Assembly: GCA_002269645.1 (NCBI GenBank)
Contig: NIVC01001145.1
Coordinates: forward strand, 248,001 to 312,000
Length of the DNA: 64,000 bases
Direction: 5' to 3'
DNA from: Macrostomum lignano
Taxonomy: Eukaryota
Position numbers and translations under genes: made by a program. Below are positions 39,451 through 50,830 of the stretch, piece by piece. The notes beneath the pieces were generated by a model. The model made no database searches. It worked only from the letters and a program-made list of their open reading frames with translations, and was not told the DNA's origin. Numbering within the stretch: the stretch's first letter is position 1; every line of letters begins with the position of its first letter.

Positions 39451-42400
39451 ATGGGTGGGAGTGACTGGTAATATGGGAGTGAGGTTGGCCAGTCAGGCTG
39501 ATAATGGGGGAGAGGGTTTGGCTAGCCAGGCTGATTGTTGGCTGATAATGGGGGTTGAGTTGGCCATTGGCCAGCCAGGCTGATAATGGGGAAGGGAGTT
39601 TAAGTAGCCAGTTAAGCTGACAAAAGGACACTTAAAGAGGTAGCCAAGCTGATAATAGGGCCTAGAAGTCATTAAGGCTAAGATAGAAACATTAATGATT
39701 ATATTATAATAAGCAAAATATTAAAAAAAACATACCAGAAAGGCATGCAATACCAACAATTCCAGAACCAATTGTGACCCAGATCCAAATACTGATGTAG
39801 CCAGCTGAGCTATGTAGCAAACTATTATTATTATTGTAATGCATTAGAAATTTGATATTATTTATAGTGCAATTGCTTTGTATTGCTAATATTTTCATGT
39901 GCTGCTTGCTCTTCTTGATTGCTTATAGAACTTTGTTCTTAATTGATGAATATGAAATCAGATAGTGCAAGCTCAATAAAGTAAGCCATGCAATTTTTCA
40001 TTATTATAGTATATTACTTTAGCCTGAAAAATAAGGTGGTAGATACTAATGCTTATTAAAAATTGGATAGAACAATATTATTTTATGCATTTTATACTCT
40101 AGTCAAAGTCAACTAGTTTTAATCAATATATATCAAATTTCAATTTTGGCTTTCTTAGATATATTTATTATTATGCAATAAGCTTAATATTGCATATATT
40201 TACAAAGACAATAATAGGCCCATATCTTCAACTTTATAATTATACAATTTAGCCAAATTCAAAGAAATTTTATCATTTAATTACTAGGCCTATGTAATGT
40301 TCTAACGCCTAGATTATGCCTCACATAATCAATTTTTAAAGGACATAAAAATTTTAGCTATGAAGACAAATAGCAAAATCATATATTCCATATAATAGAT
40401 TTTTTATAATAATGTAGTATGTAGTATGTAGTATACATAGGGTATATTATGACATTGATTGCTATTCACTTCATTTTAAAAACATGTAAAATATTTTATA
40501 ATCATTGAGTTGAGATACTTTTAGTTTTAGGTATATCAAACTAGAAAAGCATACCTAACTTAATTTTGATTTTCAGTCACAATATTGTGTTATACTGTAC
40601 TTATACTTATAGATGTTGCTTTTGTACAATATTACAATATAATAATAAATACTATAGACGTTACTAAGGAATGAAAAAATGTTTATTTAAAGTAAGTGAA
40701 AGGTAAATGGAACATGATAATTGAATTTGTTTGTAATGAGCTATAATATCAAGAATAGAAATGTTAATCAAGATATCAACATCAAGCAATGCCTAAAAAC
40801 AATGAGGATTAAGGTGCTAATAAATTAAAAGGTAATTATATGTGAAATGTTTTAGCCAACAGTAACGAATTGCTATTATTACCCAGCTTTACCCTACAAC
40901 AAATCAGGCTCAATTATTTTCTAAACTAGTGTGATTATTTCCGTCTCGATTCACAGAATTCACAAGAATTAAAAATTCGCCACGATAAAAGCGGTGTTTA
41001 CTCGTTGAATGTAAAACAAATAATAGCTCGTAAGCGTTTTCAGAAATCGCTGCCAGTGGCTGAATTATAACTCTATAGATAAGTGATTACTATAATGCCG
41101 TTTTTGGCGTAGGATTCTCTTTACAAGGAGTTAACTGTCTGATGAGTGACTTCGTCGAGATTCGTTCTTGAGAATCATCTACTTTTTTAATACTTAGTTA
41201 AAGTAAATCGCCCTCACCTCCTAGTCTAAACGTCTTATGACGTCTACGGCAATTTTTCCAGCATATACTGACTTCTCGTCGCCGTTTTCGTTTTCACTTT
41301 TGATTGGCTAATTAGCCAATGACTTGAAAACTACTTGTTGTCTCACTAATCCAAGTAAAACGCGGTTCGACTACAGTATTTTAGTCCCCGGGGGAGTAAC
41401 ATTTCAACCTTATATTACTGTATGCAAGCTTTGTAAAGCTTTTTTCTCTACTCTGAAATAAATTACTCAAAAATATCAACAATAGCAGGTTTACTGATAG
41501 TAGCGGGGGCGTATAAAGAATTTTTTATAGGGGGATATCCAGCACATCTTGGTGAGGGCAGCGGCGCCGTCACCAGGGAGGGACAGGGGGACATGTCCGG
41601 TCCCAATCTCCCCCACCCCACCTATGTGACCAGTTGCTAAAATAAAAAATTTTGCTTTAGGGCGCAAAGATATAGCGCCTTGGGCGCCAAAAATAAATGC
41701 TTGCGGCGCCAAAATGAGTGCTTGCTTGCAGGAATCAAAATGTACTTGCAGGAATTTAGTAATGTACATGTAAAATTCTTGGCTTTTGTCCCCCATCCCA
41801 CCAATCAGACGCTGCATTAAGGTCAATCCTGCCGCATAGCTCAAAGATTTTTTCTGAAGACTTGCCGGCCTGTCATAACAGGAACGCATGAGAGAGAGGA
41901 CTGTATACACGGTGTAAATGTCGTGTATTTACGCTGAATTTATGCGGCCACTAATCATTTGGACATGCATGGCTTCTATAGTTTTAATTAATACAAAAAG
42001 AGCTAACCAAAGTGATTTAGTTATTGCCTAATATAATGCACAAAATACCTGTCATTGGCGTCAAGACTAATTCATGCTCTTTCCGTAAACACAATCGCTG
42101 AACACACCTTAATTGCACGCATTTATGCCGTTGTCACATTGCAGTCGCAAAAGTGTTCCAATATATGTGACAATTTTAAGTGAAGAATTTTTGTTAAAAT
42201 TGCATTGCGCCTGTCTCTAATAGGCTGCACACAGCACCACGTCAAGGTATACAGCAGCACTCTGTTCCGTTGCAGCGTGCCTACATGTATTTAGTCTTCA
42301 GCCTCTCAGCTACTGCCAAACCTCTACCCCTCAGTTTAGCTATATACTTCGTTAGTATTAGAAAAGTCGAGCAGTTTAACCGACTATTTTAGAGAGTTTC

Positions 42401-43180
42401 TCCGCAAAATCTTCTACTTACATGTAATATAATTTTCTAATACTTTCAGATAGGCTCACTTCCCGTGCTTATATTACTATTTTGTAGGTCTGAACATTTA
42501 TTCAGATACCTGTATTTAATACTCTGCACTGTATTCTCCCCGATTCTGTACTGTATATCAGTGGCTATTAGGCTTCACCTGGTTTAACGACCGGTATCTA
42601 TACCTAGCCATATCTTCAAGCCTGGTGCTGCAGAGAATGTTTGGTAAGAAGAATATTTTTACACTTTTCTCTTTTTATGACTATACGATCGTCATTAGTT
42701 ATAGGGCCACATAAAGAAAAGAAAACAGAGGTGAGATGAGATAAGATAAGATTAGAGGCGAGAAAAGAGAGAAGATAGAAGAGAGGAGAGAAGAGAGCTA
42801 GGAGAAGAGACAAAACCCTGAGTGGGTCCGGTTTGCTATCGTGAAGCTTCAAAGGACCCGAGTTCTTGGAGTTTGCCAACCCTTGCTGAACTGTACTTGT
42901 CCTAAAAGTCTCTCCTCATTCCCCGAGAATTTCTGTCAGTTTTGTGTACTTAATATTTTGTCCTATGGATTAATGCTGATCTATCTAAACGAAGGAACTC
43001 TCAAGTTCGGTAAACGTGTGCGTTTACAATCCAGACATCGAAGGCATGCTATACAGTACTTCTAGCCTTCTTATAAATGCAATTTTTCAAGCCATCTTGT
43101 TTGAACAATAAGCTATGGTTACAAATGCTGTTCATTTTCCCAAATGAAAGGAAAAGTAAGATCAAGCTAACTGCTTTCAG

Positions 43181-43315
43181 GGCGAAGGACAAGCAACAGC
43201 AGCACTGGCAGCGTCGGCGGCGGCGGCAGCAACTCGGATCTGTCGAGCAAAAAGTGCTCCAACTGTGATCTGCTTGAGAAGCAGAGCCAGCGACTTCAAC
43301 AGACTATTCGCGCGT
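43181..43315 (+). CDS. Shootin-1-like gene, exon (5' end of gene not located)
   Basis: ctgctttcag/gtaagt boundaries; RRTSNSS...KKCSNCDLLEKQSQRLQQTIRA. Confidence 0.68.
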
Positions 43316-43399
43316 GTAAGTTCAATTAGCTGATTTTCGGTGCTAGAGCAATTGGGTCCATATGAAATTTTGCTAGACAGTAACTTCTGACCCGAATTT

Positions 43400-43822
43400 G
43401 CTAGCCGGATGTGTCTGCTAACCGGATGTGTCTGCTAACCGGATGTGTCTGCTAACCGGATGTGTCTGCTAACCGGATGTGTCTGCTAACCGGATGTGTC
43501 TGCTAACCGGATGTGTCTGCTAACCGGATGTATTTCCAGTCGGATGTGTTTCCAGTCGGATGTGTTTCCAGTCGGATGTGTTTCCAGTCGGATGTGTTTC
43601 CAGTCGGATGTGTCTGCTAACCGGATGTGTTTCCAGTCGGATATGTTTCCCGTCAGATGTTTTTCCAGTCGGATGTGTTTCCAGTCGGATGTGTTTCCAG
43701 TCGGATGTGTTTCCAGTTGGATGTTTTTCCAGTTGGATGTGTTTCCAGTCGGATGTTTTTCCAGTCGAATGTGTCTGCTAACCGGATGTGTTTCCAGCCG
43801 GATGTGTTTCCAGTTGGGTGTG
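43400..43822. repeat. 17 bp and 16 bp tandem repeats (ccggatgtgtctgctaa / cagtcggatgtgtttc) filling an intron
   Basis: Direct inspection. Confidence 0.93.
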
Positions 43823-43891
43823 CTTGCTAGCAATCTGGGGTTTAGACTACAAGTTAATTTAAGTATTGGACACAAAAACACGACACTTCAG

Positions 43892-43935
43892 CGTTTGAAA
43901 AGTCTAGCGAGGACTCGAGAGCCAATAAAGATGAG
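43892..43935 (+). CDS. Shootin-1-like gene, small exon
   Basis: cacttcag acceptor; (S)FEKSSEDSRANKDE; donor gtgagt; in frame with the next exon. Confidence 0.65.
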
Positions 43936-44044
43936 GTGAGTTCTCACATTTAATTTTTGTTTTTTCGCCATGAATTCGGAGATTTCCAAAAGTTTAATAT
44001 TTTAATGCTACAATGATTTCATTTGACTACCACACACACTTTAG

Positions 44045-44105
44045 ATTGAAAAGCTGAAGGCGGAACTGAGAGCTACTCAGGATGAGCTGCATCTTATAAA
44101 GCTGG
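44045..44105 (+). CDS. Shootin-1-like gene, coiled-coil exon
   Basis: IEKLKAELRATQDELHLIKL; ctttag/gtgagc boundaries; phase 0/1 joins E-RQQLMEHAERLEKQ. Confidence 0.8.
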
Positions 44106-44854
44106 GTGAGCGCAGTACCGCATTTACTTCTATAGTACATGCACTTCGGACCACTGTGAACTATGGACTTCACTAAATACGATGTATAATCATGCTGCAA
44201 AGTTGAATAACCTAATGTTAAAAATGTCACTGAGAATGCAGTCTGCAACGCGAGTTCACTAATAGTTTACTGAGTTCACTGCGAGCATACAGTCAATTCG
44301 TCAGAAAAGTTACTGGCGACACACTGCGAAGGCGGCTTCGATACATCTTTTTGTGACATGAGTGACTCCTTGAGTGTATATAAGCCACGCAGTTTTGGTA
44401 CAACTCGGGGTTGGGCTAAACATGCGTCTTTAGCGACGCTAGACATGGTAGCTCCAGTACAAGTAGCTCATTATTCATTAGAAATCCACCGGAGTTTTAA
44501 CTGGGTAGCCCGGGGGGGGGGGTGATGTGTCTGACTCTCCGTCGTCTGAACATTAATTTGGGGCTCGTGCACGGATATCGACCTGAACTGTGGCCTTTTC
44601 GTACGATTTACGTCTGCAAATTGTGCCTGAAGATGAGAAAGTGAGGGGCCGCTGTCCCCGCGTGAACGTGTGCCTGCTTGTGTATCTGTGTTTGAGTTTC
44701 CATGCTCATCAGGAGTCAGTGCGGAATGGGCATTACTACTTGACTCCTCGCTGACTGCAGTCTGTTGTAGCCTTGATTTTAAGCAATGCTCAAAAAACCC
44801 TCTGTGGAGGTAATAAGTAAGCGCATCATTTTTACATTACGTTTGAATTCACAG

Positions 44855-46068
44855 AGCGACAGCAGCTGATGGAGCACGCTGAGAGGCTGGAGAAGCAGCT
44901 GGAATGGAGCCTCATCTATCATCAAGCAGCAGAGAGCGCCTGCGCCGATCTCGCCATTGAAGCCCGTCGGGTGAAAACTCGAAGTTGCGCCGTTTTAGGC
45001 CACCTCATGCTGCAGGGCGTTAGCGAGAGCGCCGATGACGATGGAGGCAGCGTCGTTGGCAGAACCGGCGGAGAAAGACGCAATCTCACAGACAGTTTCT
45101 GCTGTTCCAGCGTTGTTGACGCCATCGAAGAGCTAATCCAGGACACCGAGTCTTCGTCGTCTGACTCGGAAGATTGGTCAATGGACCAGGCAGCTGGTAG
45201 TGAGCAGTTGGCGCAGGATGACGCACAGGATGCGCTGCGGAAGGCCAGGCAAGATCTGGAGCTCCGCAGACCGGAGAGGTTGCAAGCACTGCGACGATTG
45301 ACCATGCTGATGCAGGAGCACGACGCGGATTTTAAAGTGGCTCGAAAGGAGCAGCCTGAATATTCGCGAAAAGCTATTGAGCTGTCTCAAGAACAGGAAA
45401 AACAGTTCGGACATCCTGTTGAGCCATTAGAGCAGAAGCAGCAGGCGAAAGAACAAAATGAACAACTTCGAGAAGCTATTGAGCCAAGTCGACAGCTGAT
45501 TGGACAAGCTCGAAATCTTAAAAAGTCTCGAGAACTCATCAGGCAACCCGGAGAGCTCATTGATCAACCTGGAGAACGAAATGATCAACCAAGAGAACAG
45601 GATGAGCAACCTCGAGAACAGGATGAGCAACCTCGAGAACAGGATGAGCAACCTCGAGAACAGGATGAGCAACCTCGAGAACAGGATGAGCAACCTCGAG
45701 AACAGGATGAGCAACCTCGAGAACAGGATGAGCAACCTCGAGAACAGGATGAGCAACCTCGAGAACAGGATGAGCAACCTGGAGAACAGGATGAGCAACC
45801 TCAAGATCAGGTTGGGAAATCTCAAGAACAGGATGAGAACCTTCGAGAACAGGTTGAGAAACCTCGAGAAACGGATATTCGGCGTCCAGAACAAGATCAA
45901 CAACCCCAGGAACAGGGTGAGAAACCCTATCAACAAGACGAACAGCACAACGAACAGGATGAGCAAACTCATAAATCTCAAGAGAACGAACAGATTATTG
46001 AACCGCAAGAACCGACAAAACGTGCCCAAGAAGAACACGAAAAAGAGGAGCCAAACCTTCTGGACTTG
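44855..46068 (+). CDS. Shootin-1-like gene, large exon with coiled coil and (REQDEQP)n repeat
   Basis: ttcacag acceptor; long open frame; probable donor TTG|gtaaaa at 46069. Confidence 0.8.
45590..45800 (+). repeat. 21 bp coding tandem repeat (caacctcgagaacaggatgag)
   Basis: ~10 near-perfect copies plus degenerate flanks. Confidence 0.95.
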
Positions 46069-46164
46069 GTAAAAGTGTTGCAGCCTTTTCAGTACATGCA
46101 TATTGTGTCCATCAGCGTTCGTATACAATCAATAACCCACGAAAGTCATCGTTTTTTTCTTCAG

Positions 46165-46345
46165 AAAGTAAACAAGCCCGCAGGCCTAGTAGAAGCCATG
46201 CTAGAACGGGTGAGGCAGTCCCTGACGCAGCAGCAGCAAAACCAGCAACAGTCAGATGGCACTGAAACTGAAATATCAAGAAACTGCGATTGCTGCAAAA
46301 GCCTATTGAACTCTTTGCTTTCGGATCTGTTGCAATTAAGGAGTT
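46165..46345 (+). CDS. Shootin-1-like gene, exon
   Basis: tttttttcttcag acceptor; KVNKPAGLVEAMLERVRQSL...LLQLRS; T|gtaagt donor (phase 1). Confidence 0.75.
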
Positions 46346-46616
46346 GTAAGTTAATCGGCTGATTAAGAATCAGTTTCCAATCTGATTTATGAATTTAATG
46401 TATGCAGGAAAGATCTATAAAATTAGCTGCAGTTTGCTGTCATGAGGCTTGATTTTTTTATTTACACCTCATAAATAATAGTGGCCGTCATGGTGTAATG
46501 CACCGTCGGCAACTCCAGCATCCGTACCGAGTTTTATTGTCCACAGCGCACATGAGATCCCTTCAGTAACGTACTTTGTTGTTTGTAACATCCGTTACAA
46601 TTCGTACTTTTCACAG

Positions 46617-46796
46617 ACATCTGCCGACATCGACAACAACTACTGGAGCTTCAGGAGCAAATTCAAGCTCTGAAAACGCGACCTCCGCCGCCTCCGCCAC
46701 CACCGCCGCCACCGCCACCACCGCCGCCGCCGCCAGCGCCTGTGCTTCGGCGACCAATAAACTCTATCAAGAGAATGGCAGGAGCTCAGCAGACAG
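46617..46796 (+). CDS. Shootin-1-like gene, polyproline exon
   Basis: ttttcacag acceptor; (Y)ICRHRQQLLELQEQIQALKTR-polyP(~18)-APVLRRPINSIKRM; G|gtattt donor; not in the ORF track. Confidence 0.85.
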
Positions 46797-47102
46797 GTAT
46801 TTTCGAAAATTGTACAGTTTGAAGTCAGTTAAGTCGAATTTCACTGTGTAACAAAAGCACTGGATAAAAATCTGACAACAATACCCGAATCCATGACATC
46901 TGACACCTGAATATCTTGACATCTTTAACTCCATCAGAGGGGGGGTTGTTTCAAGGGGTTCCAACTTAAGAAGCTCGAAGTTAGGACAGGCAATTCTGGC
47001 TATGGGAGTTCTATCCCCCTTCTTCTCCAAAGGAGGAGTTGGCCTCGTCTGTATGGCCTTAATGTCGTAAGACCAAACTTAGCTTTATAAAACACCCCTC
47101 AG

Positions 47103-47431
47103 CCGGCGGTAACCCGACGAACTTTGACACGGCTCTCGTCGACAGTTTGAAATCGGAGCTGAAGGCTGCGCTGAAAGGCCGCGGTCGGATCCTCCGACCA
47201 GTGCAGGACGCCAACCCGACAGGGGAGAAGAAGGAGCCAGAGGGCATGCAGTTCGCGCTGCGACACCGAGGCAGCAGCGGTGGCAGCGGCCGCGGCGGAA
47301 GTCACGATGCCGGATCCGGCGTGACGGATCCGCAGCTGCAGAAGCGACTGGAGAGAATTAGAAGGCGACTGTCCACTTACATGCCGGCAGTTGGCGAGCT
47401 CAAGGAGGTGGATGAACCCCAACAGTTCTAA
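47103..47431 (+). CDS. Shootin-1-like gene, terminal exon
   Basis: cccctcag acceptor; SLKSELKAALKGRGRILRPV and DPQLQKRLERIRRR resemble shootin-1 C-terminal motifs (MERIKKGVHLRPV, ELERILRRR); family call from remembered motifs. Confidence 0.78.
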
Positions 47432-49707
47432 TCAGTCAAATATGGCTCTACATAGGACTTTTTAATTTCTTATTTTTACCTAATTGTTGCTTATCTTTTC
47501 ACGAAATTATTCTTCAACTTGAAATTCTGTGATTCTACTTATACCGAAAGCCTGGTTATATTCTACTGTTCGATTATTTTGTATTCATACAATACTTTTC
47601 AGCTTAATTTTATTGCAACAATAACTTGCATACCATTTTACTTGAACTTTTTCTAAAACTAATTCGTTGGTAAGCGGAGCGCTACTATTACAATCATACA
47701 ACCGGAGATTCCAATAGTTAATCAGCTAGATGTAAATTTAAAATTAACCAAGATATACGATCGACCCACCTTGTTAATTCGAACTAAAAAAGGTTTCTAA
47801 AATCCATTACAATAGCGGAATTTACGGTGTAGAAGCAGACGACACTTTATGCTTTGATAAAGTTGTAAGGATATTTCCCTATTTCCTCAAAGAACTGTCT
47901 CTAACTGATTTGCTTTGAATTCTTTTTCAATTTTTCCCTGATATATCGGACAAAAAAGCAGACGGGGATTTGTGTTATTCGCTGATTGCCAGAGGTCTAC
48001 CAAATTTGCAGGTGACTTACCCAGATGGGGCAGTAGTAATTATAAATATTAACTTCAAAGTAACTTTCAATTTACGGCACCGATGGTGTCAATAATGGCA
48101 CCAGACACAGGTACATGTACTAAGGAACAATAGTGTTGTTTAGTAGTCCTTGACATAAAAATGCCACGACAGGCAGACATCTACATGTAGCTAATTAATC
48201 GCCGTACGCTAATTCTACTGTTATGCGTCGCCAGGTTCGATGATCCTTCTATTCAGCAGCTCAGGGCGTCTACCTTGCTTTACTCAAGGTTACGAGTTTC
48301 GCTTTCGTGCACGCAAGAGGCTGTTGCTGTACATGTAGCAATAAAAAACAAATATAAACCTTTTCCAAGATTGTCAAGACATGTATGTAGAAGTTACATG
48401 TACCGTTGTATCAGGTCCTTGACCTTTTCCTATAGGTTTGACGCAAGATTTAAGCATTTCTAGCAGGCTAAACCGACTTCGCTAGTGAGCGTCAACAGAC
48501 TTTTACCCGGCCCCGGTTCGCCAGCGTGTTAATTATAGTATAGTCAGCATGGTCAACAAATTTGCAATTTGTAAAATAATTCTAGGTTAGTTTAAAATAT
48601 CGCGTTCACATTTTGCGGTAGTGAACAAACAAATCATGTGACAATATTTGCTGTAGAGAATTTTATTGCTATAAAAATAAACCATTCATGATTTTATTTA
48701 ATTTAAAAATTTTTTTTGCAGTTTTAATCAATAAAGTTAGATTTCACATAATACTTTTGAATTTACAGCTTTCGAATAAAATCAAATCCTAATCTCGAGT
48801 CTCTCGACGCATTGAGGCTTTTCATATTACCAATTCCAGAATCAGAATCGGTTCGGATCTTCCAAGAAAAACAGCAGTATAACTATTTAATTCTGTTGAA
48901 TGTTTGACTGCCTCAACAACCTCACTTAGCACAATTTTTCACTCTCTTTTTTTTGCGATTGTCATTCAATAATAAAAACTTTATAGCACGTATCTCCCTC
49001 TAGTTATGGAGACAAAAAGTTATACTTCACAAATTGGTTCTGGTTCTGGAACCAGAACGAGCAATATCAAAAGGCCCATTGACGACGAAAAATATGTTTC
49101 TATGTCATCATTACTCATCAATCATCAGATTTAGATCACAGGGACAGGTCTACTAAAGGTCGAGGCTACATGAATTCAGAACTGTCTTTTGCTGATGCTA
49201 ATATGTCTAAATTGTTTTGTCTATAATTTGATTTCATACATTTTACTAATCTAAAGTAGACTTCATGAAGTATATTAGGTGAATTCACCTAATATACTTT
49301 TTAGACAATTGTCAAGTTTCATTCATTAAATTATTTTGACTCCAGGAAATTAATCGGTTGACGGTCGTTTCGTCTGCCGCCAGTTCGTCTGCCACCCTTT
49401 CGTCTGCAAGAATACGATACAGTCGTTTCGTCTGCCAACGAATAGTAAAGTTTTAATAAGTGTAAATATGTCAGTTGTTGTCATTAATTTGAGATTTGAG
49501 ATATTTAAGATAACAGTGATTAAGATATCGGATCATTTCTTAGTAGTAATGACTTAAACGAGTAATTTCTGAATATTTTTGTTTATATATATTTAACTAC
49601 GCAATTGAACGAATTCAATGCATTTTCGTCATGAAATGGCAGACGCCATACTATCTCTTAACCGTCTCAAAGCTTCAAAGCTTAAAAGCAATCAGTCGAG
49701 TTGGAAT

Positions 49708-50547
49708 TGTGACGTTGTCAGTTTAAGGTGGTCCCGAAAAGGGCCGTTGGACTGCTGTTCTCCATAGTCATTCAACCCTTCAGTTTCACCGTTTCAACTA
49801 AACTTTTCCATTCGTTTATTGCGACGTTTACTTGTAGTAGTGCCCAACGATTTTGTGGCAATTTATAATTCATTGTATATTTTGCTATCCTCTCTCGCAA
49901 CCGTATAAAATTGGCACGATCGATAATTTTAAGTTCTCTCGCCAGCCAATGAAATCACTCGTGCTCGCGCTACCCCCCTCTGCGCTCTTTTATTAAACCC
50001 CCCGCCTGGCGGCGGGCACTCCTCACCCTTGTTTCCTCCGTCCTTATCTGTGCCTCTCTCTCTCCCTCCCTGTCTGTCCTTGGCCTTGTGTGTGTTTTGC
50101 GTTCCTGCCTGGCTGCCTCGAGCCTCCTTATTTCTCACCACGGCCCCTCTGCCTGGGCCAGCCTGCTCACACACTTACTTGACTGTTTCACGCCACGACC
50201 GACGCCAACTCGCCACTACGTTTCACTGCCTTCACGGTGCTCATAGCCACTGCTCACGTCACGTCGCCATTGTGTCATTCGCCTGCCACTTGACTTCACA
50301 TCCAAATTATATTCAACCCATTGCTGCAGCCGCCAGTGCCCAGAAAGCTATAGCCTGTTTATTGCCAGTAACAACCAAACTTAATACTGATATTAATAAT
50401 AAAGACAACTACGGCAGTTCCTGCCTTTATCGCCAAGTGCTCCGCTACAAAATCCGCTTTACAAGAATTGACTTCAACTTATTTTGGGACTAAAACGGCC
50501 CTTTTAAGGGTCACCGCATAGCTGGCCGCTACGCCAATAACGTGACA
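49708..50547 (+). repeat. 5' LTR
   Basis: tgtgacgttg...ataacgtgaca; AATAAA near 50399. Confidence 0.95.
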
Positions 50548-50553
50548 TAATTT

Positions 50554-50570
50554 TGGAGGTCCCACCGAGA
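50554..50570 (+). other. Primer-binding site complementary to the tRNA-Gln 3' end
   Basis: TGGAGGTCCCACCGAGA is the reverse complement of ...TCTCGGTGGGACCT-CCA (metazoan tRNA-Gln); 6 nt after the LTR. Confidence 0.85.
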
Positions 50571-50830
50571 CTCCTACTCAGCACTGCCGGCTCGCAACTA
50601 AGTCAGCACCACCGAGACTCCTACTCAGCACTGCCGGCTCGCAACTAAGTCAGCACCACCGAGACTCCTACTCAGCACTGCCGGCTCGCAACTAAGTCAG
50701 CACCACCGAGACCAAACTCAGCACTGCCGGCTCGCAACTAAGTCAGCACCACCGAGACTCCTACTCAGCACTGCCGGCTCGCAACTAAGTCAGCACCACC
50801 GAGACGCCTACTCAGCACTGCCAGCTCGTA
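50563..50830 (+). repeat. 47 bp tandem repeat beginning within the PBS
   Basis: caccgagactcctactcagcactgccggctcgcaactaagtcagcac at 50563, 50610 and onward; ~5.5 copies. Confidence 0.93.

Noticed and set aside
41491-41910. 139-aa minus-strand ORF
   Set aside because: No recognisable domain or splice context; includes ggcgcc/G-run motifs typical of non-coding repeats
46483-46560. tRNA-like start ggccgtcatggtgtaatg
   Set aside because: No T-loop/B box or cloverleaf; lies in an intron
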